DNA of 64,000 nucleotides. Source: a virus. The stretch is taken from positions 14,538 through 78,537 of the IMG/VR virus record IMGVR_UViG_3300046794_000123; one strand, given 5' to 3'. This document shows, in pieces, positions 40,516 to 49,926 of this stretch. The translations under genes and the position numbers were made by a program. The notes under the pieces were generated by a model. It worked only from the letters and a program-made list of their open reading frames with translations. It did not search any database and was not told where the DNA came from. How positions within the stretch are numbered: position 1 is the stretch's first letter; every line of letters begins with the position of its first letter.

Positions 40516-41654
40516 TGACACCCGCTGATCCGACAACGTTCGACCTCCGTCTGCTCGACCGGGAGATGGACAAGTGCAAGTCCACGGTGTTCCTGCACCA
40601 TGGAACAGCCGCATTCCTCGGCAGCATCATGTGCTCGCTGGAATTCATCTGGTCGAGGGAAGTCCCGACTGCAGCAACAGACGGGGTCTACCTGTGGTGG
40701 AACCCGGACTGGTTTCTCTCCCTGGCTCCAGTGAACCGTGCCACGGTGCTGCGTCACGAGCTCTGGCACGTGGCTCGCCTGCACATGATCCGTCAGGGCA
40801 CCCGAGATCCGCAGGTCTGGAACCACGCCTGTGACTACGTGATCAACAACGACCTGGCTGCTGAAGGGTGTGACTTCACTTTCGGCGGTCTGATCGATCC
40901 CCAGTATGCGAACCAGGCTGAGGAGGATATCTACGACCACCTGATGAGCCTGCCCACCGTACCGAACTTCGGTGCGTGGAAGCCTGGAGGCGGCTGCGAC
41001 ATCATGCCAGCCACCAAGAAGCAGCAGGTCATCAACACCGTGGTGACCGCCGTGCAGCAAGCCAAGATGGCTGGGGCCGGCAACGTACCCGGTGGCATCT
41101 CGGAGCTGGTCGACCAGTATCTGAAGCCGGTCATCCCGTGGCAGACGCTTCTACAGCGCTGGTTCACTCAGTTGCTGGACGAGGACTATTCCTGGTCCAA
41201 GCCCAATCGCCGCTATGAAGACATGTATCTGCCGTCTCGTCGGCTCGAAGCAGGGAAGCTGGAGAACCTGCGCTGGTACATCGACGTGTCCGGTTCCTGC
41301 CGGTTGAGCGACATCGTGCGCTTCAAATCCGAACTCAAGTTTGTGAAAGATACCTTCCGTCCGGAGAAGCTCACGGTCGCTCAGTTCGATGTCGAGATTC
41401 GTCGGACAGACACGTGGGAGGAGGATCAAGAGTTCGACAAGCTCGAAATTTTCGGTCGTGGCGGCACGTCTCTCGAATGCGTTCGTAGAGATATGTTGGA
41501 GGAAAAGCCAACTGCGGCTATCATCTTCTCCGACATGGAGTGCAGCCCGATGAGCCAGGAAGGGATAGAGAACATTCCCGTCCTCTGGGTCTGCCTGCCA
41601 TCTCGTCGAGGACATAAGCCCACCTTCGGTGAAGTGGTGGTGATCAACGAATGA
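40512..41654 (+). CDS. Metallopeptidase-vWA protein (N4 gp25)
   Basis: TAATDG, HELWH (HExxH), WNHACDYVIN, IDVSGS, GRGGT. Confidence 0.88.
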   Translation: MMTPADPTTFDLRLLDREMDKCKSTVFLHHGTAAFLGSIMCSLEFIWSREVPTAATDGVYLWWNPDWFLSLAPVNRATVLRHELWHVARLHMIRQGTRDPQVWNHACDYVINNDLAAEGCDFTFGGLIDPQYANQAEEDIYDHLMSLPTVPNFGAWKPGGGCDIMPATKKQQVINTVVTAVQQAKMAGAGNVPGGISELVDQYLKPVIPWQTLLQRWFTQLLDEDYSWSKPNRRYEDMYLPSRRLEAGKLENLRWYIDVSGSCRLSDIVRFKSELKFVKDTFRPEKLTVAQFDVEIRRTDTWEEDQEFDKLEIFGRGGTSLECVRRDMLEEKPTAAIIFSDMECSPMSQEGIENIPVLWVCLPSRRGHKPTFGEVVVINE

Positions 41655-41771
41655 AAACTCTTTGTATCGTGGTAGTGACGGGAGTCTGCGCCTCAGTCTG
41701 GAACACCGTAGGCGGTATTGCCGCAGGCATCGTCACACTCTGGTTATTCAGCAAAATAAGGAGCTGAAAAG

Positions 41772-42296
41772 ATGGTGATCAACGGTATCGATCTGCTGCT
41801 GAAGCAACCGATCAAAGACATGCTCGACCACAAGATCCATGAGCACGGTGTGACTCGTGGACTGGGTGAAGCGGGCTACGACATCCGCATCAAACAGGAG
41901 ATTCAATTCTGCTCGACGGACTTTATCCGCCATCACGTGCTCTCAACTGAGCGAGACGAGGGCGGCCGTGTCATCTCGTATCACAAGAAGATGGGCCGCT
42001 TCACGATCGCCTCGGCCATCGAGGAGTTCGACATGCCGACCGACATGATCGGCATCGTGCACGACAAGAGCACCTGGGCTCGGCAAGGTCTGTCGGTCTT
42101 CAACACCGTGATCGAGCCGGGATGGAAGGGCTTCCTGACACTGGAGCTCGTCTACCACGGCTACGATGGTCTGGTGATCCCTGCCGGTGCAGCCATCGCT
42201 CAGGTCGTATTTCATCGGACCAGCGAGCATCGCCGGTACGAAGGTAAATATCAGAACCAAGCCAATGAACCCGTCGCCGCTATTGCCTCTGTGTAA
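41772..42296 (+). CDS. dcd: dCTP deaminase
   Basis: GYDIR, DKSTWARQG, VIEPGWKGFLTLEL, YEGKYQNQ. Confidence 0.9.
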   Translation: MVINGIDLLLKQPIKDMLDHKIHEHGVTRGLGEAGYDIRIKQEIQFCSTDFIRHHVLSTERDEGGRVISYHKKMGRFTIASAIEEFDMPTDMIGIVHDKSTWARQGLSVFNTVIEPGWKGFLTLELVYHGYDGLVIPAGAAIAQVVFHRTSEHRRYEGKYQNQANEPVAAIASV

Positions 42297-42486
42297 GGAG
42301 TGCGGTGATCCCAATGCCTGGTCGCTGATGGACAAGAAGTATCGGTCCATGTGCGGCCAGTGCTACAACGCTCTGGAAGCCTTGATGATCACCCACAAGA
42401 ATCAGCACAATTCGGTGCTGGAGGTCGATTCATTGGTCTTCCTAGCTCAGAGTCTGATGGGGGCTCACACACCATAGGAACCAAGA

Positions 42487-42693
42487 ATGAACCTGCATCA
42501 ACTGTACGGCGTGGACACCGTGGGCAAGCTCAAGGAGCTGCTCAAGGATCTGCCCGATGATATGGAAGTCAGCCGTCTCCATCGAGGAGAACGTCTCCAC
42601 CTGGATGTCAGCATCCAGCTGCGAGGCAAGGGCAATCAACGCAAGACAGTGTCCCGTGGCGGCGTCGAGTTCCTGGCCGTCAGCGACTTCTGA
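42487..42693 (+). CDS. Hypothetical protein
   Basis: 68 aa (TVGKLKELLKDLPDDMEV). Confidence 0.55.
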   Translation: MNLHQLYGVDTVGKLKELLKDLPDDMEVSRLHRGERLHLDVSIQLRGKGNQRKTVSRGGVEFLAVSDF

Positions 42694-42720
42694 TCTCTGT
42701 TTGTTTGGTGTGGTTCATTT

Positions 42721-42759
42721 GAGGGAGCCTTGACAGCTCCCTCTTTTGGACTGTACATT
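42721..42759 (+). promoter_or_regulatory. Terminator hairpin overlapping a sigma70-like promoter
   Basis: gagggagc-cttgaca-gctccctc-tttt; TTGACA(42730)-N18-TACATT. Confidence 0.5.
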
Positions 42760-42783
42760 AGATATAAATTAGAGGGAGGGCAG

Positions 42784-42924
42784 ATGTACATCGTGTTACT
42801 GATGTCGATTCTCTGTTGCTGCCTCGCCAAAGAATACGTACCTCGTGCAGTGGGACGTATGTTGCGAATCCGATCAACCGACACCACAAGTCCGGGCAGG
42901 CCGGTGCAGCAGGAGTATGGCTAG
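42784..42924 (+). CDS. 46-aa peptide with hydrophobic N-terminus
   Basis: GAGGGAGG RBS, MYIVLLMSILCCCLAK...; followed by hairpin 42956-42979. Confidence 0.45.
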   Translation: MYIVLLMSILCCCLAKEYVPRAVGRMLRIRSTDTTSPGRPVQQEYG

Positions 42925-42977
42925 AGCAGATCTGAACCATTAACTGCACACATTGGAAAGCCCCTCCCCAGGGGCTT

Positions 42978-43147
42978 TCTGGATATTGGGGAGTGTTCCA
43001 GCTGCCGCCGAGGCGACAGATTCAGCAACGAGTTTAGGTGTGTGATGGCACCGGAACCCGTGACGCATCGCGTTGCGTCGAGCTGATGATAGGTACTCGG
43101 AACAAGCGGATTCGTCCGAGTTGTTGGAGCACTCCCCAATATTCAGA
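42978..43147 (+). ncRNA. Candidate ~170-nt structured RNA
   Basis: 25-bp closing stem (42978-43002 / 43123-43147) whose three non-WC positions are all G-U on the + strand, enclosing several hairpins. Confidence 0.6.
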
Positions 43148-43531
43148 TCGAGGGTGAAGATTGAAGTCTTCGCCCTTTTTCATTTTCGAACCGAGGAGAA
43201 GAGATGGATAACGAGAAGCTGCTCGACGAGATCGAGCAATGGCTGGACAACCACGGCTACATCAACGGCATCGGCTTCAGCGAGCACGGTCTGCTGGAGC
43301 GTATCCGTGAAGTGCGTGCCCTGAATGACGTGGTGGCTGCATGACCACGGAGAAAGAGCGCCTGGTCGCACATTTCCAGAAGCAGCTCGAAGACCTGGTA
43401 CGAGCAGCTGGCAGGTCTGGCGTGACGCTCACCATCCAGTCCCGGCCCCTGAAGCCGCTGGCCATGGGTCACTCGATCATGATCCCGCACGCTCGCGCAG
43501 CACGTGGCGAATACTGAGCCAAGGAAAAGAC

Positions 43532-44832
43532 ATGAGCATCGGACTATCCACGAATGACCGACTGGCCATTGTCGATACGACGAATGGTCTGCAAGTCACC
43601 GCATTCCAGGACTACCAGAAATTGCTGGACATGGCCGCTTACCGCTTCTTGCAGAGGAACGGTGGTGTGGCCAATCTCGCAGCCTTCGACAAGTGGGCCA
43701 ATGAGATCCGACAGGTGATCAAGGAAGAGATCGCCAACCCCAGCAATTGAGTCAAGGATAGACATGAACCAGAAAAGCAAACGGGGCACCGGCCGTACCA
43801 CCCGCATGATGGAAGCAGCCATTGAAGCTGCATCCATGGGAAGGGCCGTCTACGTGATCGTAGACAGCAAAGAGCAGGGTTATGCCTTGACAAGGCAGTA
43901 CCCCAATACCCTCAACCTAGGTATCAAATTCGAAACCTTCGCCTCGCTGCTCAACTTCGATCCCGTCACGATGACGCTGAAGGGTGCTCACCCGCACTGC
44001 GTCGTCTTCGCGGATCACTTCGCCATCGAGGCTCGTTACAGCAAGTTGATGGATGAGCTGGTCCGCTACGACTCCTGAGAGACCAACATGAAAGAGTGGA
44101 ACCTCCAAGAGCTTCTGAAGTTGTGTGATGTAGACGCAGTAGCAATCGCAGACCGGTTGCTGGAAGCAAACTTCGCTGAGCTCGAACGACGCATTCTCAC
44201 TACGAATGCGCTGCGCCCCGACAAGGTCGAAATGTTCAAGCGACTCGTCAGCGAAAATCATCTGATGGAATACCACGAGGTCCGTGACAACGGGATCAAG
44301 GTGATCATCATCGACGACTTCTACCAGGGAGCGCCCGGTCAGCTCCCGCTGTTACGGGACGTAGAGTTCGGCCACATCGACCGGTTCCGCTTCATCTCTT
44401 CTCCCTTGGTTCAAGAGCCAGAGGAGCCAAGGGCAAAGAACGGGGCTGCAGCCAATCGTAAGACGCAGCAGGCCAAGGCCAAGCTGCCCTTTTATCACAA
44501 GAACCGGAGGTTCTGATGACCTTCTTCCAATACCTCAACGACAACCCGGTTGTCGTAATCATCGTCTCCGCACTGATTTGCTTTGCAGTCGTGGAGACGA
44601 CTAAGGCAATCCGGAGGCGCTAATGCACCGCAACTGCAAGACCTACCGGGATGTGAAGGTGGCTCCCGGTTCACAGCTCTACCAGGCACTGGAAGAGGGC
44701 GACCAGAAGAAGGCCGCTGCCATCTACGACCAGTGCGAGAAGGATCGAGCCAAGCTCGAAGGTCGCTGCGAGCTCTGCAACAAAACGTGGGAGCAGCACG
44801 ACTTCGGTGTGCCTGCCCCGATCTGCCCGTAG
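43532..44832 (+). CDS. Hypothetical ORFs (43532-43750, 43764-44078 with GTGRTT P-loop-like motif, 44088-44516, 44623-44832)
   Basis: ORF track with RBS. Confidence 0.55.
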
Positions 44833-44841
44833 GAGATTCAG

Positions 44842-46006
44842 ATGACTACCAACACCACCAACAGCGCAGACGGATCAGCAGGCGCGGGAGAGCGGGCAAT
44901 CATCGATGGCCTGCTGTGCGAACAAACTTATATCTCGTCCGATCGCGAGCGGTGCCACCCTGAATACGAATTGCCCCGTTGGGATCGTATTCAGGCCGCG
45001 ATCGACTACATTTCCCGCGCTGCTATAGACAAGGGCGATACGCAGGCTGGCGGGGGCGACCTGTTGAACGACTACATCGAACTGAACATGTCCAACTACA
45101 ACGAGGATGACGTATCGCGCCTCAATGAGTGGGGCATCAGGGCATACGACGCACTGTCGGCAGGCTGCGCCGAGGGCGGCAAGAGTGAGGCGGTGGCGTT
45201 TTACGACGGGCGTAGTAAAGAGCCGTGCTTGCTGTGGGCATTCGACGGATACAAGCCCTCACCACATGACGTGGTCCTTGTCGCTGCCCCTATCGCCCCG
45301 CGTGCGATCAGCGATGATCAGATTCGCCAAGCGGTGTGTAAAGCAACTGCCGAAGTTGGCATAGCTGCTGGCGGGATGGAGTGGAACCGTGCATTCGCCC
45401 GAGCCATACTCGCCGCCGCCGACAAGGAGGCTCAATCGTGAAAACCTATCCGCTCGAAATCGAGAACGCTGGCGACGATACCTACATCGTCATGTCGCGC
45501 GGTCATCATGACCCGCACGAGTTCATGCGCGAGGTGCGCGAGGAAGGCTACGACTGGCCGCTAGGCATGCCGTCACACCGTTGGGTAAAACAAACGCCCG
45601 CTCGCGACGGCTTCTCGTACCACTTCGTTAAGGAAGGGACACGCGGCGCATTCCCCGCCACTTATGCGCATGAGGCATATGGTGATGAGCGATATGAAGT
45701 GGCCGCGAACAAGGAGGCTCAATCGTGAGCGACGTACGGAAGTGGAAGCTTGTTCCGGTCGAGCCGACGCCGGAAATGCTCGAAGAAATCTGCATCATCG
45801 AAGGCTTCACCGAACAGGCGTTGAAGGTGCGCTACGCAGCTATGCTCGCCGCCGCCCCTGTCTCCCCGCGTGCGCAACTGAGCAAAGAGGAAATTATCGA
45901 AGTCATCGAGTCCGCAATACGCGATGCTTCGCGCGGGGCAGATACCTACATGGCAGCGATGATCGGAGCAGAAGCAATCCTCGCCGCAGCCGACACGAAG
46001 AACTGA
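44842..46006 (+). CDS. Three coupled hypothetical genes (44842-45441, 45438-45728, 45725-46006) of apparent foreign origin
   Basis: Shared 20-bp junction repeat; WKLVPVEPTPEML...YAAMLAAAP motif typical of temperate-phage accessory genes. Confidence 0.6.
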
Positions 46007-46093
46007 CATGTGCGCTCGCTGTGGCAGTTTCAATCTAACTGAGCGCAGTGGTTGGATGATCTGCCACCACTGCGGCAACACATGGAAGGAAGC

Positions 46094-47422
46094 ATGACAG
46101 AGAATCAATTCGTGGAGTGGTTCTTCAGCAACTACAACAAGCACACCATCATCGTTGACCCAGTCTGGCATGCACGGAAGATCTTTGCCGTGCTGCAACA
46201 GCCTCCCAAGCACGTGGACATCCTGAGAGCCAGAGAAGCCATGCTGATGGTCAAGTCGATGCCTGATGCTCGTCGTCTGGAGATGAAGCACTTCGAAGCT
46301 CTGGAACAAGTCATCCACAAGTGCGACATGTACCAACAGCCGCAGTACCGCTGCGTTGGTCAGGCGAGTGCGCTGCCCGGAACAGGTAACGCATTCACCT
46401 GTGGAGCATTTCAGGCTGAGGATGTTCCCGTTGGCTACAGTCTCTACGTGAAGGTGTGACAGTGGCACGTACTCGCTTTTTCAGATCGGGCAAGAAGCCC
46501 GTCAAAGTGCCGACCATCATCCGGCACACACCTGGCCAAGAGGTCACCCTCAAGCTCATTCCCCATGCGCACCTGAAGGCAATTGCAGATGGCCGGGGAG
46601 GGGAGGAGGAGTTCCTGACCATCACCTTCCGGACCCTGGTCGGAGCCTCGCTCACTGGTTTTGCCGATGATGCAGACCAGAAGCATCTAGAAGAGATCTT
46701 CCAGGCTGCTACCGAGGCGCTGATCTCAATGGGTGAGCGCTATACCCGGCTGAGCAAGTTCGGAACCAGTGGAGATGAACTGATCCGGATCAAGGCAGCG
46801 CTGAACCTCACTGATGATCTTCAAGACGTCGCCACCAAACGTGAGCAAGCCGAGATGTACAAGCAGGTGGAGGGATTCGTCGGTGCATTCGATTTCACTA
46901 TGAAGAACCTCCGCCTGTTAAAGGAAAGGTATCAGCAACCTGCTGAGATCAGTTAGAATTAAGTTTGTGTGAGGTCGATTGGTTGTTTTGGGGTGAAAGC
47001 CCCATAAATGCCATCCTTTAGAGGGGCACTGGAAACGGTGCCCCTTCTTTTTGCATATAGATAGATATAAGTTTGGGGTAGCTATGCTATCTGAAGCGCA
47101 GTACCGGGAAGTGCTGGACAAAGTGTTCATCGGCACCGGTCCGACATGGGCCGAAGGCGGAGCCAACTGGAACAACCAACTGATCCTGTCCTTGATGGTT
47201 CACGGTCTGGTCCTGCTGCCATTTCCCCATGAACACGCGCAGCCCCCGTTCAAACACTACATCGAGATGTCCGCACCTTCACCAGAGCTCGTGCTCACCA
47301 AGGACGGACGAATCATCGGAGGTCAAGCAGCCTGGGTCCGTAGCTGGATCGTCGATGCAGATTGGGAAGAGCACTACAAACCGCCTCTCAAGTTTCAATT
47401 CACACCTCTCACAAAGGCATAA
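46094..47422 (+). CDS. Hypothetical ORFs (46094-46459, 46456-46956, 47084-47422)
   Basis: ORF track. Confidence 0.55.
47021..47052 (+). terminator. Intrinsic terminator
   Basis: gaggggcactg-gaaa-cggtgccccttc-ttttt. Confidence 0.75.
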
Positions 47423-47424
47423 CA

Positions 47425-49926
47425 ATGCAAGTCGCAGACATTCAGGGTGACGCCACCGCAGCTACGCTCGGGGCACAGAAGACCACCGCAATGAGCATGG
47501 TTCAGGACGCCTCGTTCCTGATGATGCTCTCGACCAACCTGTACTCCAACCAGATGCTGGCGTGCATCCGTGAAACGATGTGTAACGCCTGGGATGCGCA
47601 CATCGAAGCCAAGCGCACCGATGTGCCGGTGAAGATCACCATCACCGCCGAGAACGAACTGATCATCGAGGACAGCGGTCTCGGCATTCCCGAGGACATG
47701 TTCGAACAGATCTACGGCACGTTCGGTGGCTCCACCAAGCGCACCAACACGGCTGTGACTGGTGGCTTCGGTCTGGGCTGCAAGTCGCCCTGGGCCTACA
47801 CCGAATCCTTCCGGGTGATCTCCGAGAACCAAGGGAAGAAGGTGATCTACAACCTGGTCAAGGCCAGTGTGGAAGCCGAGGGACTGCCTGCCATCACGCG
47901 TGTCATGGAGACGGTTACCGAGCGCAGCGGACTCACCGTGCGCTTCCAGCTCCGTGAAGACGATGTGCGGCAGATGAAGCACTACATCGAGGCCATTGCC
48001 TGTCACGGTGACATGCTGGTGGACTTCGAGCACGTTGGCCGCAAGGATGCAGTCACCGGTGAAGAGATGGGCACGGAACGCCTCGACACGATCAATCTGG
48101 ATCCGACACCGGGCAGCTATGACGTGGAGGATCACCGCTGGTATCACCACTACATGGGCCAACACTCAGTGTTCGTGCGTTACGGTGCGGTCATCTACCC
48201 GATGCTCGACACACCGGGCACGAAGAAGGCACTCGATCTGCTGCGTGAGTTCATGCAGATCGTCGGTTTCAGGCGCATGGTGGTGCAGGCAGCTCCCGGC
48301 ACCTTGGCGCTGACGCCAAACCGTGAGGCACTGTCGTCTTCCAAGATGACGGAGGATGGTCTCACCGATCTGTGTGTGGCACTCGTTGCCCGCATCGAAG
48401 ATGACATCATCAAGCAGATCCCGGCATCGATTCTGCAAGCGGTGGAGCGGCTCACCAAGCACGACTACCTTCGTTGTGGGCTGGAGCATTACGCCAGTCT
48501 CTCTGATGCCATCACACCAGTTCCTGTTCGCCGGTATCTGAGTTCTCAGCTCGGGGCGGCCAAGTACTCCAAGTATGTGGCCATGCTGAAACAGGCTGAG
48601 CACCGGGGCTTCAAGAACAGCCACACGTTCACCAACAAGTCGGCTACGCACGAGTATCACCGTCTGCGTCGGCGCTTGTCGGACAAGGGCTGGCAGAAGA
48701 AGGAAGAGCTGAAGTTTGCTTTCCTGAAGCACTTCATCTTGCGTCCGCTCTCACGTGTGTTCCAGAAGCATCCGAAGTTGCTAAAGCGTAGCGAGTTCCA
48801 TCATGCTCACGACTTCAGCTACCACTCAAGCCAACGGAAGGATTCTCTTCTGGCTCACCTGGATCCGGCTGACTTCTCAGGCATGCAGCAGATGATCGAC
48901 CATCCGACCGTGTTCATTACTACACGGACAAAGTACCTTGATAAGAGCATCAAATGCTGCCCGGACGTTACCGATAGCCAGGACACCTGGGTCTACAAGA
49001 TCGCACCAAGGGATTCGAACAAGGATGTCATCGTCAAGGCATTCGAAGAGTCTGGCATGAAGGTCATCGATCTCACGCTGAACCATGAGTGGGATGACGC
49101 AGCTGCTGAGATCGAAGAGGAAAAGATCCGTCGTAACGCCAACCGCAAACCGATAGCTTCGGTGGGCGCGGCTGAGAAGAAGTCGGCCAACCTGCTGATG
49201 TCACTCTCGAACGTCTACGACGACGAGGGCAAACGCAAGGCGAGCGTCGGCATGATCAAGCTGATGGAGGGCGATCTGGAAACCTCGAACACGCCTGTGT
49301 TCTATGTGCCAGTCGAGTCTGTCTCTTCCACGGGCTCGCTGGGCCGGTTCGGCTACTACCTCGATCTGACCGCTGACGAGCGTAAGCACGGCGTCATTGT
49401 GCGCTCAGGGGTCGAGAAGAACATGGCCATCAAGCGGGGTGCGGTGCACATGGATGCGTATCTCGCCAAGCAGCTCTGGGACCGCATTCGCACACCGGAG
49501 TTCGCAGCCTATCGCACCAAGCAGCGTAAGGAAGGCCTGTTCGACGAGCACCACATCAGCGCGCACTACGTCGAGCTGATGGAGTACCTAGGCATCAAGC
49601 TCACTGGCTTCGACAAGCTCACTGTCAATCCAGTGTTCGACCGCGCAGCTGCATTGATCAGCAACCTCTCTGCAGTCGAGTTCTTCAACCAAGTCCCCGG
49701 CATTACGCAGGAGGAGTTGACGCACTACAAGGAAGTGATCTCGCACTACAAGCTCGAAGAGCTGCCGTTCATCACCAAGATCAAGGCACTGAAGCAGGAC
49801 GACATGCTGAGCCGTCTGTTCCTTGGTTCGGGTTGCCTGGACCTGGTCAAGCAATTCCCGGAGCGTAAAGCCGCTCTCAAATCGCTCGTCATGAGCGTCT
49901 TCAAATCTGGACCCACAAATGAATAA
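47425..49926 (+). CDS. rIIA: rIIA-like protein
   Basis: GHKL-type N-terminus: LYSN...IRETMCNAWDAH...DSGLGI...GGFGLGCKSPWAY. Confidence 0.88.
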   Translation: MQVADIQGDATAATLGAQKTTAMSMVQDASFLMMLSTNLYSNQMLACIRETMCNAWDAHIEAKRTDVPVKITITAENELIIEDSGLGIPEDMFEQIYGTFGGSTKRTNTAVTGGFGLGCKSPWAYTESFRVISENQGKKVIYNLVKASVEAEGLPAITRVMETVTERSGLTVRFQLREDDVRQMKHYIEAIACHGDMLVDFEHVGRKDAVTGEEMGTERLDTINLDPTPGSYDVEDHRWYHHYMGQHSVFVRYGAVIYPMLDTPGTKKALDLLREFMQIVGFRRMVVQAAPGTLALTPNREALSSSKMTEDGLTDLCVALVARIEDDIIKQIPASILQAVERLTKHDYLRCGLEHYASLSDAITPVPVRRYLSSQLGAAKYSKYVAMLKQAEHRGFKNSHTFTNKSATHEYHRLRRRLSDKGWQKKEELKFAFLKHFILRPLSRVFQKHPKLLKRSEFHHAHDFSYHSSQRKDSLLAHLDPADFSGMQQMIDHPTVFITTRTKYLDKSIKCCPDVTDSQDTWVYKIAPRDSNKDVIVKAFEESGMKVIDLTLNHEWDDAAAEIEEEKIRRNANRKPIASVGAAEKKSANLLMSLSNVYDDEGKRKASVGMIKLMEGDLETSNTPVFYVPVESVSSTGSLGRFGYYLDLTADERKHGVIVRSGVEKNMAIKRGAVHMDAYLAKQLWDRIRTPEFAAYRTKQRKEGLFDEHHISAHYVELMEYLGIKLTGFDKLTVNPVFDRAAALISNLSAVEFFNQVPGITQEELTHYKEVISHYKLEELPFITKIKALKQDDMLSRLFLGSGCLDLVKQFPERKAALKSLVMSVFKSGPTNE

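Noticed and set aside
43083-43105. CTGATGA as a hammerhead ribozyme core
   Set aside because: No stem II followed by GAAA in the required geometry.
5491-43524. GARCCAAGG as merely a Shine-Dalgarno preference
   Set aside because: Many copies are antisense or mid-gene, and the GARCC prefix is not anti-SD complementary.
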